From the NCBI GenBank assembly GCA_963693365.1, contig CAVNZM010000017.1:2905527-2969526 (forward strand): DNA of 64,000 nt, read 5' to 3'. The position numbers and the translations under genes are program-made. Positions within the stretch are counted from its first letter, which is position 1. Each line of letters opens with the position of its first letter. Below are positions 1 to 13,392 of this stretch, one piece after another. The DNA is from Amoebidium appalachense (Eukaryota; Protista; Ichthyosporea). The notes beneath the pieces are model-generated. The model had not been told where the DNA came from. It did not search any database and worked only from the letters and a program-made list of their open reading frames with translations.

Positions 1-159
1 AGGGCAAACTGAGGCTACTGTGACCCTGTTCCCGGAACCCACTTGTCTTTCTCTGAGCCCCTAATCGTAGACTATTACTTCATGTACGTGTTTTTGATTG
101 TAGTGTGGATGTCGGCAATACTTATTTGGAGAAGTGTGACGTTATGCAACGTAGACAAA

Positions 160-1003
160 ATGGCGCCAACTTGTCGAGAGGCACGAGAAAGCCTCGGTCA
201 TGAGAAGAAAGAAACTTTGCAGACATGCATATGGGAAGAAACTTTGCAGACATGTATATGGGATGGGAAAGAAGCAATCAACTCAAGAAGAAAATCCAAG
301 AAAAGATTACGTTCAATAGCTGGCGATATGTCAGACACACCTTGCACGGAGAATGACGGTGAGAAACCACCGGATATTGTAGCAGAGAATTCTTTACACG
401 TTGCTGCGATGGGGCAACAAGATCAATTAGGGTCTAGTGGTAGTTTCATTGTTCAGAAAATGTTGAATAGCGAAGGGGGACTTCAAACGGAAGGTGTCAA
501 AGAAATTAACTTCATTGATGAGTCTGCAGGTGTGAATGTTGATAGATCTGGCGACACACGGGTAGAAGGGGAAAAAGTCGCACCGGAGGAGGGTGTGCCG
601 TTGCAACGTGAAACGAACCCTAGTGGTTCCGAAGGGAGCGGCGGGGGAACAGATGGAAATGTAGTAGCTACGAATGTTCTGAATGGAAGGGATAATGATA
701 ATGTCGAGGTTGAAAATGCTGGCAAAGAGAACGAAGCGGTTGGTAACATGGGTGAGATTGTGAACGAGCAGGAGACTGGGGGACCTGTGCGTCTAACGCG
801 AAAACAGAAGAGGAAACTAGACAAGAAACGGAGGAGGAGGCTGGCTGCACTAGCACGGGAACAAGAAGAAAGAGAGAGTAAGCTCACCTTTCCTTCTATT
901 AATGTTTTCATATGTACATGCGCCTGTCTGCTTTGGCATGGGTTTCAGTGTATAGACGGTTTTTGTTTGTGTGTGAGTGTATCGGGTTGTGTCCGTGTGA
1001 CTG

Positions 1004-1099
<96 letters not shown>

Positions 1100-1821
1100 T
1101 GGGTGGGCGGGTGGGTGGGTGGATGTATCCAAGTAGTTGTTTCCCGTGACACGTGAAGGGCACCCTAACGGCAAGCGTGCGGGTGTGTCAGATGTTTTTG
1201 AGAGGTCTCTCGATGATTCTCAGATTTTGAAGGAGTGTATCTTATAGGCCTCAAGATTGCATGGGGACGAGTGTATTAGTTTGTGCTGTTTTTGAGGTAT
1301 TTAGTATTAAGGGATTTTGTTGTGCATGGCCCTTCCCCCCCCCCCCCCTCCCCCTGCCCCCCACCACCCACATATACACAAACTTTTTTATTTTTTTTCT
1401 GCTTTCTCCCTCCTCTTGTCTGTCAGCCTCTCTATCTTGTCTCTCTCCTTCTGCCTTTCTCTTCCTTTTTTTTGTTCGGAGAATTGCCTTCACCAATAAC
1501 TCCCAAAATACCTGGACGAAGGAGAGTGTGTCCTGGGGGGGGGGGGGGGGGGGGAGGGAGGGAGGGGGGGGGGAGAGGGGGGGGGAGGTGGAGGGGGGGA
1601 AGGGGGGAGAAGAGGGGGGGGGGGGGAGGGGGGGGGGGGGGAAGGGCAGTAGAGACACGTAGCACAGCAGTTTTGTTCGTAGTGCAGACAGAAACCGTCC
1701 GTGTGGTGATGGTGGTGGTGGTGGTGGTGGTGGTGATGGTTGTTGTTGTGGTGGTGGTGGTGGGGGGTGGGGGGGCTAAGGGCTGTAAATTGGCGATAGA
1801 AGATAATGGCCGCCTATATCA

Positions 1822-1908
<87 letters not shown>

Positions 1909-1936
1909 CCCCCTCCCCCCCTCTCTCCCTCTCTCT

Positions 1937-1989
<53 letters not shown>

Positions 1990-2069
1990 CCCTCTCTCTC
2001 TCGCTCTCTCTCTCGCTCTCTCTCTCTCACTATCCCCCCCCCCTCCCCCCCCCCTCTCTCCCTTTCTCT

Positions 2070-2112
<43 letters not shown>

Positions 2113-2256
2113 CCCCCTCTCCTATGTCTCTCTCTCTCTCTCCCCCCCCCCCCCCCCCTCTCTCTCCCCCTCTCTCCCTCCCTTCTCCCCCCTCTTTCCC
2201 CCCCCCCCCCCGCCCCCCTCTCTCTCCCCCCCCTCTCCCTCCCTCCCTCCCTCCCT

Positions 2257-2313
<57 letters not shown>

Positions 2314-2745
2314 CCCCCTCTCCCTCTCCCTCTCCCTCCCCCCCCTACCCCCATTCAGCACCACTACCCCCCCGCCCCCCCTCCCCGATCCCCCCCTTTT
2401 TCTCTCCCTCCCGCTATCCTCCTACCTCTCTATCTTTCTACCCCCCCCCCCCCCCCCCCCGCCCCTCTTTATGTCCCTTCCCTCCCTATCCTCCCACCCC
2501 CCTCGCCTATTGCTGTTGAAACAAAGTATGGTTCGGGAACCATGCGCGAGAGGTTAAAGAGTCGAAACCCATGCTTTTGTGGAGACATAGGAACCCCCCT
2601 GATGATGGGCTCTGTTCAAGTGCCTTCTGCCGGCACACTTAAATTGTTTGATTTTGGGTTTTCCACTCCTGGGACGTTTTGTTGTTGCTCTTTGTTAGTT
2701 CTCCATATTTCCAACCCTCTAACGCATACATCACCCCCCCCTCCC

Positions 2746-2779
<34 letters not shown>

Positions 2780-3304
2780 CCCGCCCCACCCACTCACCCT
2801 TCTTGCTACCTTCCCCCCTCCCCCCCTCCCCCCGTTTCTCCCCTTCCCGGTCCTTTCTTTCTTTCCCCCCCTCTCCACCCCCCCCCCCCCCCCCCCCTCC
2901 CCCCCCCCTCCCCCTCTCCCCCCCCCCCACCCCTCCAGTTGCCGAGGCTGTAACAGAGGAGGAGTTGGCACGGCAGGAGGCTCAGGCACAGAGGGAGAAG
3001 GAAACAAGGTGGGTTGGTATTTGTGAAAGATTATGCAGGGGGTTTTCTACTGGTTTTGGATCATGCAATAGATTTGCCTCTCGTGGTAGAATCTTGCATG
3101 GCAGTGTGTGTTGTCGGTGGCGGATCATGCATGGGGTCTGGCTATTGGTTTGGAATCATGCAGTCGGAAACGATTGGTTTTCTAGGTGTTAGGAAGGGGT
3201 GAATGTTGGTGTCCGATTTTGTAAGAAGAAGGAGCTTACCAGCAGGGGGAATGGGCAGTGAAAGCAGTAGCACCCCCCCCCCCGGGGGGGGGGGGGGAGG
3301 GGGG

Positions 3305-3345
<41 letters not shown>

Positions 3346-4010
3346 GAGGGGGGGGGAGGGGGAGGGACTTAAGCTCTCTTTTCACAAGGTTCACCTGTTG
3401 CTAGTACTGAGGAGCCGAGTGTAGGCGTTGTAAGCTCTCTGTGCGGGAAGCAGGGGGTATTTTCTTTTGTGGGTGGGGGGATTAAGGGGGGGGGAGGAGA
3501 GGGGGAGGGGGGAGGGGGGATAGGGAGGGTATTTGAGCGGGTCGACATGGGGCATATTAGGATATGCAAAGCTCAACACTTCCACCCACCCGAACCACCA
3601 CCTCTCCTGTCCCCTCCCTGCCTCACCCACTCACTTACCCATAATCCCCATGCATCCAAACTCCACCCCTCTCTTTTCGTCCCTCCCCCCCCCCCCCCCC
3701 CCCCCTCCCTACCCCTTCCCCCCCTCCGCCCCCCAGCTCCTCTTCCCTTCCCCCCTTATATCCACTTTTGTGTATAATCTTCTTTGCATTGTCCTTCGTG
3801 AATGGTGTGCTTCTTTTGTGTACCACATTCTTACCCTCCCCCTCCCCCCCCCCTCCCCCCCCCTCCCCTCCCCTTCTCCCCTCTCCCCTCTCCCACTCTC
3901 CCTGCCTCCGTCTTTGATTAACACATTTGCACTACTCGTTTATGCAAACCCTACAGCCCCCCCCCCCCCCCCCCCCCCCCCCACCACCACCACCACCACC
4001 ACCACCACCA

Positions 4011-4049
<39 letters not shown>

Positions 4050-4415
4050 CATGAGGTACGCTTGGCCACTTACTGGTTATGGGGGGGGGTAGGGATGCTC
4101 AGGAACAAGAATGGTTGCGGAGGGAGGAAGTTTTGGAGGCAAAGTCGGAGATTAGACGGAAAATGCTGGAACAGGAGGAAAACAGGAGGGTGGAAGCAAA
4201 GGTAAATGCTTGGACCAACCCCCCCCCCCCCCCCCCCCCCGCCATTTTTGTGACGTTTTTGCTTTTGCTCTTTGTTGTCTCCTCCATATTTCCAGCCCTC
4301 TAACGCATACATCCCCCCCCCCCCTCCCCCCCCCTCCCCCCTTTTTTTGAAGGGGGCGGGGGGTGGGAGGGGAAAGGGGGGAAGGAGGGGGGGAGAGGGG
4401 GAAGGTGGGGGCGGC

Positions 4416-4446
<31 letters not shown>

Positions 4447-6227
4447 GATATATCTCCACATATGATGTATGCTATCTTGTAACGTCGTTTTTCTACATGT
4501 GTATCTTGTTGGGTGGAATCATTGCTTGGTGGCGACACCTCATCACAGCTCACCTAGATGTCGTTAATGAGCAACACGTTCCTGCGGAAAAGAGTTTGAT
4601 TGAGTGGGAAAGCAAGTAGTGTATATGTAAATGAATGGATGAATGAAGAAGAAGGGGGGAGAAGGGGAACAAGAGAAGAAGGCAGGGGTGGTGTGTTTGG
4701 ATAGGAGGGGAGAGGGGGAGGGGGGGGGGGGGGGAAGATGGAGGGAAATGAGTATGTGTGTGTGTGGGGGGGGGGGGGGGGGGGGGGGGGACGGGTTTTT
4801 TTTTTGGGGGGGGGGGGTGGGGGGGGGGGGGGGGGGGGGGGGAAAGTAGGGACGGGGTGAATGTCTTCTGCACACACGTTTGAAATTTATGCACGTGAAC
4901 ATGCAATATGCAAAATGGTTAAACAGACATGAGCCAAAGCACAGTCACACATGCGCACATAGGGCACCAAACGGATTGAAAGAATCGTTTGCAACACTTC
5001 AATGGTATCTTGTTGCGCTTGTACATGTTCGTTTGTGTGTGTGTGTTTGTGTGTGTGTGTTTGTGGGGGGGGGGGGGGGGGGGGACGCAGGAGGAAAGAG
5101 CGGTTGTGTGTGTGTGTGTGTGTGTGTGTTGGGGTGAGTGTGTGTTCGTGTGAGTGGGTTTGTGGGTTTGTGGGTGAAGGGTGCTTGTGTGTGTTGTAAG
5201 CCCCACCCCCACTCGCACGGGGAGGAAGGGGGGGGGGGGGGGGGAGAATCTCTATGCGGGGGGTTCTTTGATTCTATGCTGTTGTGTCGTTTTTTTCCTT
5301 CTGATAGTTTTGAGTCACAGGCGAGATTGGAGGCCAAGAGGGAGGCCCAGAAAGCCACAATTGAAAAGGAGCTACAGAGAATCACAGAGGAAAAGAGGGT
5401 ACGTAACCCCTTAACAACCTACTTTGCTAACATCCTCCAAGAAAGCGAGAAGTATTTGGACCATGTGACGTCACCTGGAGACAGGGGTGGATCGGCGGAT
5501 GGAGAAGGGAGGGTGGGAGGGAGGGGTGGAAGGAGGGAGGGAGGGAGGTAGGGAGGGAGGGAGGGAGGGACGGAGGGAGATGGGGAGAGAGAGCCTAATA
5601 TAAGGAGAGAACGAGAGAAAGGGGGGGGGGGGGGGGGGGGGAGAGAAGAGAGAGAGAGAGAGGAAGAGAGAGAGGGGGGGGGGGGGGAGAGAGAGAGAGA
5701 GAGAGAGAGTGTGTGTGTGTGTGTAAAAGACTATGTGTATGTAGCACACACACACACACACACATACACACACACACACTCTCTCTCTCTCTCTCCCCCC
5801 CCCCCCCCCCCCCCCCGTCCCCCCCCCCCCCTCCCTCCCCCCCCCCCCCCCCTTCCCTCTGTGTGTGTGTGCTCACGCAAGCGTGTATCTGATTTCTGTG
5901 TTCCTCTTTCTATGCCTTGTCCCTTTTCACCCAGTCCCCCATTCGCCGGCATAAGCCACCTACCCACCAATGATGGCATGTTTGGCTGGTGTGTGTGTGT
6001 GTTTGGCTGGGGGGGGGGGGGGGGAGGGGGAGAAGCGTGGGGGGGGGGGGGGAAGGGGGGGGAGGGGGGGGGGTTGGAGGTGTATTCTCATTTGTCTGGT
6101 GGTATTATTGCAGAGGAGGAGGGAGTCGCTGGCTGGTAAGACACCGGCAGGGGAAGGCAACGACACACCGTGGAACCCTGTGCCTGCAGGCAGTGTGCCC
6201 CTCTCAAAGGTGTCTGGTGGTGGTGGT

Positions 6228-6285
<58 letters not shown>

Positions 6286-6433
6286 GGTTGTGTGTGTTGC
6301 TGTGGATGTGGGGGTGGAAGGGTAGGTGGGTGGGTGGGTGGGTGGATGGGTGGGTGTCCATATGTATGTGTATGTGTTTGTGTGAGCATGTGCCGGTGCC
6401 TGTATGTGTAAATGGCCACGTGCACGCACACGC

Positions 6434-6482
<49 letters not shown>

Positions 6483-6552
6483 TGTGTGTGCGTGTGCGCG
6501 CGTTTGCGTGTGTATGCATGTGTGCATGTGCTTAGGTGTGTGTGCATGCGCC

Positions 6553-6624
<72 letters not shown>

Positions 6625-8071
6625 GTGTGTGTGCGTGTGCGCGCGTTTGTGTGTGTATGCATGTGTGCATGGGCTTAGGTGTGTGTGCATGCGCCTGTGT
6701 GTGTATGTGTGTGTATGTGTGTGTATGTGTGTGTATGGCGCACGGGCACGTATTTCCGCGTGTGTGTGTGCATGTGTGGAGATCATATAAAGGGTAATAG
6801 TTGCCGCCCTTGTATTCCAAGCCCACTCTAAACAGATTCCAACTTGATTTCAATCTCAATAAAGCCCCTATCTAATGTAGTGAAATACAGCCTTGTCGAC
6901 ATCTATCCCAACACAAAACTAACCCAGATTCGCATTTTTTTCCTTTGCAGGATGAGTGTGGGTTCTATCAGAAGACCGGTGTGTGCAAGTTTGGCAACCG
7001 ATGTTCACGGTAAGCCTGTACCCTTCAATCACACACGTGTTTTTCTTTTTCTTTTCTCTTTTTTCTTTTCTTTTTTTTTTTTTGGAAAAAAAAAATTAAT
7101 TTAGCGACCATGTCGGTATATCTCCAGCTTTCCTTTACACGCTGATTTTTCTATGACTAAAAAGCAGGTACATGTCCTCCTATATGGATTTTGGCAAATT
7201 CCTTCCAATTTTATTCTGGCGTCCTGCCAACATCATTTTAATGTCACACATTGAAAATGCCGCCATAGACCACCATACTAGATATTCAATACATGGAAAT
7301 GTGCGCGGCTCCCATGCGGAATGTTCGATTACCAGAAAAAATAACTAGCCAATCACAACACAACTCACCGGCGTGGCTGGGGTTGATACCCTGGGCAAAG
7401 TGTGTACATATAGTTAGGATTGTTATAGGTGTGTTAGTTTAGTTAGTCGTAGCACCCTAGCTAGAGTACTGTCGGTGCTGGGTGGAAGACGGTAGTTCCC
7501 CCTGAAGGCCCCTAGGGGCACCTCCGGGAACAAAACGGGATAAAATAAAAAAATCACAACACAACTTGGCACAAGCGGATGCCTCGTCTGACCAATCAAC
7601 AGTGACCTATTTGAACCGCACAGTGTTGATCAGGCTGTGAAATCAGGGGGTTAATGATCAAGTATAGCCCGCCTGAAACTCCGAAAAAATGTCTTAAACT
7701 TTTTGAGGTTAGGTCCACTATTTTTCAACCAGTGGCTCTAATACAGCCAAAACCATATAAAAAATTCCTCCAAAAACGCGTCGGTGGCTCTATTAGGGCC
7801 ATCCGGGCAGAAGAAAAGGTGCTAAAATGGCACGAGCCAAAAAAGAGTTTCACACCATGGTGTTTATCCTACAGATGGTTTCGGCCTACATGTGTCGTGT
7901 CGGGCCTTGCCCAAATGGCAAAGACAATGTGACAATTGGGAGCTAAGATAAGAGGTCTGGCATCGCTTCACACCTTTTTAATATTCGCGTTGGCCAATCC
8001 TCCTTCCCTGACACACACAAGCGCACGCACGCACGCACACATGCACGCACACAGACACACACACACACGCG

Positions 8072-8143
<72 letters not shown>

Positions 8144-8489
8144 GTGCACACGGAGCCCACGTCCAGCCCCACGCTTGTGTTTCCGGGCATGTACGTGTAC
8201 GGGGGGAGGGTGGTTGATGACGACAACCAGGATGATCTGCTCGATGTATGCCGGGGGATAATAATACTTACACCCCCCCCCCCCCCCCCCCTCCCCCCCC
8301 TCCCCCCCCCCCCCCCACCGAACACACACACATACACGCACAGATACACAAAAACAAACAAATAAAAATAAGAAAATAAAATTCTGAAAGGAAGAAGAAG
8401 AAGAATAAAAAACACAGACATGGGCACCCACACCCCCCTCCCCCCCCCTCCCCCCCCCTCCCCCCCCCCCTTTCCCCGTGGCTGCCGCC

Positions 8490-8583
<94 letters not shown>

Positions 8584-8643
8584 CTCACACTCACACTCAC
8601 ACACACACACACAGAGAGAGGGAGGGAGGGGGTGAGGGGGGGA

Positions 8644-8676
<33 letters not shown>

Positions 8677-8724
8677 CGACGAGCGCATGCTCGCACACAC
8701 GCCCTTACTCATGCGCACACGAAG

Positions 8725-8780
<56 letters not shown>

Positions 8781-8949
8781 ACACACGAAGACACAGCTAG
8801 AATGTGTTGAAACTCAGCCTCTGTAGACAGCTCGAGCTTGGCTGAAGATGGACTACCTTGGGTTGCCCCGTGCCTCTTTGTATCGCAGTCTAGATTTCTG
8901 CACCATTTTTGTACTTCATACTTGTGCTTAAATTTCTTTTCCCCCTCCT

Positions 8950-8991
<42 letters not shown>

Positions 8992-9054
8992 TGCCCTCCC
9001 ATTCACTGTGACACAAGCACACACACACACACACAGATTACACATGTGTACACA

Positions 9055-9091
<37 letters not shown>

Positions 9092-9863
9092 CGATGAAGA
9101 TGAGGCATATGCCAGCTTTCGGTCCTTCTACGATGAGGTGCTCCCAGAATTCCAAAGGTTCGGCAAAGTCGTTCAGTTTAAGGTGCGGCGGGTGGATTTT
9201 TTCCCCCTTTGTGCGGTTTATGATGGTGTGGGCAGTGTGTTTTGCCTGTGGTTTTAGGAGGGGGGTGGGGGGGGGGGGGGGGGGGGGGGGGGGGGAGGGG
9301 GGGGGGGAGGCTATCTGTAGATTTAATGTGGTGCGGGTGGGTTGTTTTCTGTGAAGTTTCCGTTTTTGGTTGTTCTGTCGTGCGAGGTGCTTGTGAGAGT
9401 TCCCATGGGCCGGGGGGGCGGGGGGGTGGGAAGGGGGGGGGGGGGGGGGAGGGGGGGGGGGGGGGGGGGGGGGTGGGGGGGGGAGGGGGAAGAATGGAGA
9501 GGGGGGGGGGGGGGGAAGAATGAGAGGGGGGGGGGGGGGGGGATGGAAGGAGGGGGTTGCTCTACCACAGACTGTCAAGTTTATGCACCCATGCAAGTGA
9601 TCACAGACAAGACGACATCCATGTGAGGACACCCCCCCTCACCTTTAAACCTATGTGCACCTACACTTGCACCTTCCCCTACACGTATACATATGCATGT
9701 GCATGTGCAAGTAGACGTACACAAATGAGATACACACACATTAACAAATACACGTACACAGACAAACACACAAATGCACGTCACGTACACGAACACACGT
9801 ACACCTACACCTGCAATACACGAAACACACACGTACTCGCACACAAACACACGTGCACGCACG

Positions 9864-9958
<95 letters not shown>

Positions 9959-10364
9959 ACTCGCACACAAACACACGTACACACACGCACACACACACAC
10001 ACACACACGAACACACACACACACACACACACATTGGCCGGAGGGAGCGGCCAATAAAGGTTAATGATCCCCACAATCCCCACACACGTGACACACCCAC
10101 ATCAGCACACATACTCATACACAATTCCGCACCTACACACACAAAAATCCACACACACACACATACACAAACACTTTCACACACACACACACATACACAA
10201 ACACTTTCACACACACACACAAACAAACGCACGTGCACAGGTGTGCCACAACAATGCCCCCCCGCCTACAAGGCAACAAATACACACCTACACACATACA
10301 TACACAAACACAAGTACTCCTACACAAATTCACATACACACACACACGTTAACGCATGCGCGCG

Positions 10365-10413
<49 letters not shown>

Positions 10414-10592
10414 ACAGGTGTGCTACAACAATGCCCCCCACCTACACGGTAACGTCTACGTGCAATATTTGTCCAGTCATGATGCCCTCTCTGCCCTACA
10501 CTCAATGAATGGCCGATGGTTTGACGGCAGACAGATATTTGGCTCCCTCTGTACCGTCATAAGGTGGAAACCTGCAATATGTGGTACGGTTC

Positions 10593-10649
<57 letters not shown>

Positions 10650-10725
10650 AAAAAAGAAAGAAAGAAAAAGAAAACCACCACCACCACCACCACCACCACA
10701 ACAACACACACACACACACACATAC

Positions 10726-10820
<95 letters not shown>

Positions 10821-12090
10821 CCCCCCCCAAACAAACAAACAAACAAAAAGAAGCCCATACACAAGCACGTACACAAACACACACCACAATCACACACGCA
10901 CGCACACACATAGTGGCACAAGCACTAGGGGCACAATACGCAGAATTCTCGGTTCGCGGATTTTCTGTGCGGTTCCATCGCCTGTTGCTGTAAACCCCCC
11001 CCCCACCACCAATCCACCTTTCCCTTCTTTTTTGTTGTTTTTTCGCCGCCAAACCACCTTTCCCCTTCTTTTTTGTTGTTTTTTGTTGTGAAACAAAGGG
11101 AAGGGGGGCAGGGGGCGAGGGGGGAGGGGGGTCGTGTGTGAAATAAAAAAGGCCCTATGGAGAAAGGGCAGGGGGAGGGGGGAGGGGGAGGGGGGCACCC
11201 CACTTGTTACCGTACTTTAGAATATTATGGTCACTGTATTTTATTGCTGCTGATTTCAAGGCTTTTCAGGCCTCGCTGCTTTCAAGAAGTGTCCCCGAGG
11301 AAGCGACTGCAACTTTCTCCATGTTTTCCGTAATCCCGGAGGTGCTTTCTCTTGGGCAGACAGAGACGAAGATGGGGACAGAGAGAAGGGTTTCAACAGA
11401 ACACCAAGGGATCCATCGTGGTCGGAGAGAGGGAGAGGTAACGAGAGGGAGTGGGATAGGGGAAAGAGATACACGGATAGTTGGGATGTTGAGGAGGAGA
11501 GAGAATGGAGAAGTCAGAGAAGTGAAAGGAGAAGTAGTAGGGGTGGGGATGGGTGGGATGAGAGGGAGGGAAGGAGGGACGAGAGAGGCAGTCGTAGTGA
11601 GAGGAGGGAGAGCGAGAGACGAGATAGAGATGGGGAGAGAACGCAAAGGAGGAGGGACGGGGAGGAGACCCCCCGAGAGAGGAGGGGAAGTAGAGAAGGG
11701 AGGGAGAGAGAGACGGAGAGAGGTGACCGGAAGCGAAGTAAGGATGAAAGGGAGGAGGGAGGGAGTCGAAAGAGGAGGCGGAGTAGTTCAGTTGAGATCA
11801 ATGGGGCTGATGACAAAACTAGGAGTAGAAGCAAGTCAAGAAGCAGTAGAAAAGGGGAGAAAGATGAAAGAGATAAAGGGAGAAGAGACGATGAGAGAAA
11901 ACGTGATGGAAGTAGGGAAAGGCATTTAAGGCACAAGAGCAAGCGAAGGAGCAGGTCTCGGAGTCCCAGAAAAAAGGAAAAGGAGAAGAAAAGAGACAAA
12001 AACAGAAAACGTGAGAAGACTGACAGGAATGATGCTGGCTCAGAGGCTGTGAATATTGTGACGAATGAAAATGGTGAGGATGTGAAATAA
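160..12090 (+). CDS. ZRSR2: U2AF35-related protein ZRSR/URP (CCCH-UHM-CCCH, RS-like C-terminus), minor-spliceosome 3' splice-site factor; about 770 aa
   Basis: Phase-consistent GT-AG exons: 160-877, 2939-3008, 4093-4201, 5321-5398, 6114-6209, 6951-7009, 8143-8245, 9090-9182, 10418-10583, 11270-12090. The translation contains ZnF1 [29 protein letters not shown], a UHM segment [36 protein letters not shown]...NGRWFDGRQ, ZnF2 WKPAICG...[16 protein letters not shown] and an R/S/E/D-rich tail, all matching the ZRSR family. The start codon is uncertain (ATG 160 or 328). Confidence 0.9.
211..264 (+). repeat. 27-nt in-frame tandem duplication ([18 protein letters not shown])
   Basis: gaaactttgcagacatgcatatgggaa is followed directly by gaaactttgcagacatgtatatgggat. 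Confidence 0.85.
7351..7566 (+). mobile_element. Short non-LTR retro-insertion (5'-truncated LINE or SINE) in ZRSR intron 6
   Basis: An exact 15-bp direct repeat AATCACAACACAACT (7351-7365, 7552-7566) flanks a 186-bp insert. The insert ends in an A-rich tail (GGATAAAATAAAAA) preceded by a stem-loop (GTTCCC...GCCCCTAGGGGC...GGGAAC). Confidence 0.75.
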
Positions 12091-13392
12091 TGTATAGATG
12101 AGAAGGAACGCAAAACATGGAATGAATGTGATCTTGACCGCCTTCACAGAAGTCGTGCAAGGCCTAGGGTGGGAAGATGGCATGAACGAAGGGCTTAGGC
12201 TAGTTCATGTGTCAATGTAATGCTACCCCAAGCGACTGTACAAAAGTTTAGTGGCACAGTTTTTCTTTTGTATGCAGCTTCTGGTTTGCCAAGTACTCGA
12301 TTGATGAAGACAAAGAAGACGACATCTATGGATGTGATATCGAATGGCAAAGTTTAAATTCAAGGTCTATTACAGTTGGGTATATATTTACAGTACCCAT
12401 ACAATAAACCTTCCGTGAATACACACAGTGCCATCACATCTTGTGAGTCGAGCCAAGTGGGGCCGAACGTCACAATGTGTAATTACATGTGAACCCCACC
12501 GCGTTTCTTTAAGACTCCCCCTCCCGGTATGCAAGACTGTGACCGAGAGGAGGGGAGAGGGGGGGGCTGCCTTAGGCGCAACAGAGTACGAGGACCGAGA
12601 TGCACTTCCCGCTATGGGTGTGTGTGTGGGGGGGGGGAGGGGGAGGAGGTGTTTCACCAAGGCCTGCTGTCAGTATATAGGAGGCCTTGGGTTTCACACA
12701 ACCGGTTGAACACGTAACAAGTCAGACAACAAGACAGTACGCTTGTGGCTTATGAGGAGTAGGAGCACATGATCATACACAGTGTAACACCATCCTCCGT
12801 ACAAGTTGCCCCCGAGCCAACAGGGGGGCAGAGACAGACTGCCAACTGAGACAACGTCAAAACGACCACAAGGAACATGCATTGCAAGGAGGAGTTGAGC
12901 AAGGGAACAGAAACGGAAAACGTTCCAGTAACGGTGGGCTTTTATCTTCACGAGTTACTGAGATACTGACTCATTCTGGCGTATTCTAAAGTATGTATGT
13001 GCTGGAAATCAACCATGTTTCAATCGCACTTACAAACCCAAACACAGTGTACACAAGCTAACATTTCATAAAATCTGTGGGTGATGACACGCGAGCCCAG
13101 CCCGTGCCCCAAACACATTATACCTTTCATTCCAGGCAAAAGATCGCGGGTGGCATTGTAAGTTGCTAACGTCATTCTACTTCTACGAGTATGAGAATCA
13201 GCAACACAAGCATGATTGGCAGCATCTTCCCCATCTCTAAACCACGCTGACCCATGTTACACTTTAAACAGCCATGTCGTAACCCATTAACAAATACTTG
13301 GGCGCACGTGGCGGCCATTCAAAACACACCAAGGGGATCCTAATAGTCGGAGTGGTGGTGATGCGTTTGGAGGGAGAGGGTTTTTGCAAAGC

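Noticed and set aside
43-1149. 368-aa ORF as a stand-alone gene
   Set aside because: It is ZRSR exon 1 read through a strong donor (GTAAGC at 878) into a (TG)n intron.
11204-11929. 241-aa plus-strand ORF
   Set aside because: Wrong frame. The overlapping frame carries the CCCH finger and RS-like tail of ZRSR and ends at 12090.
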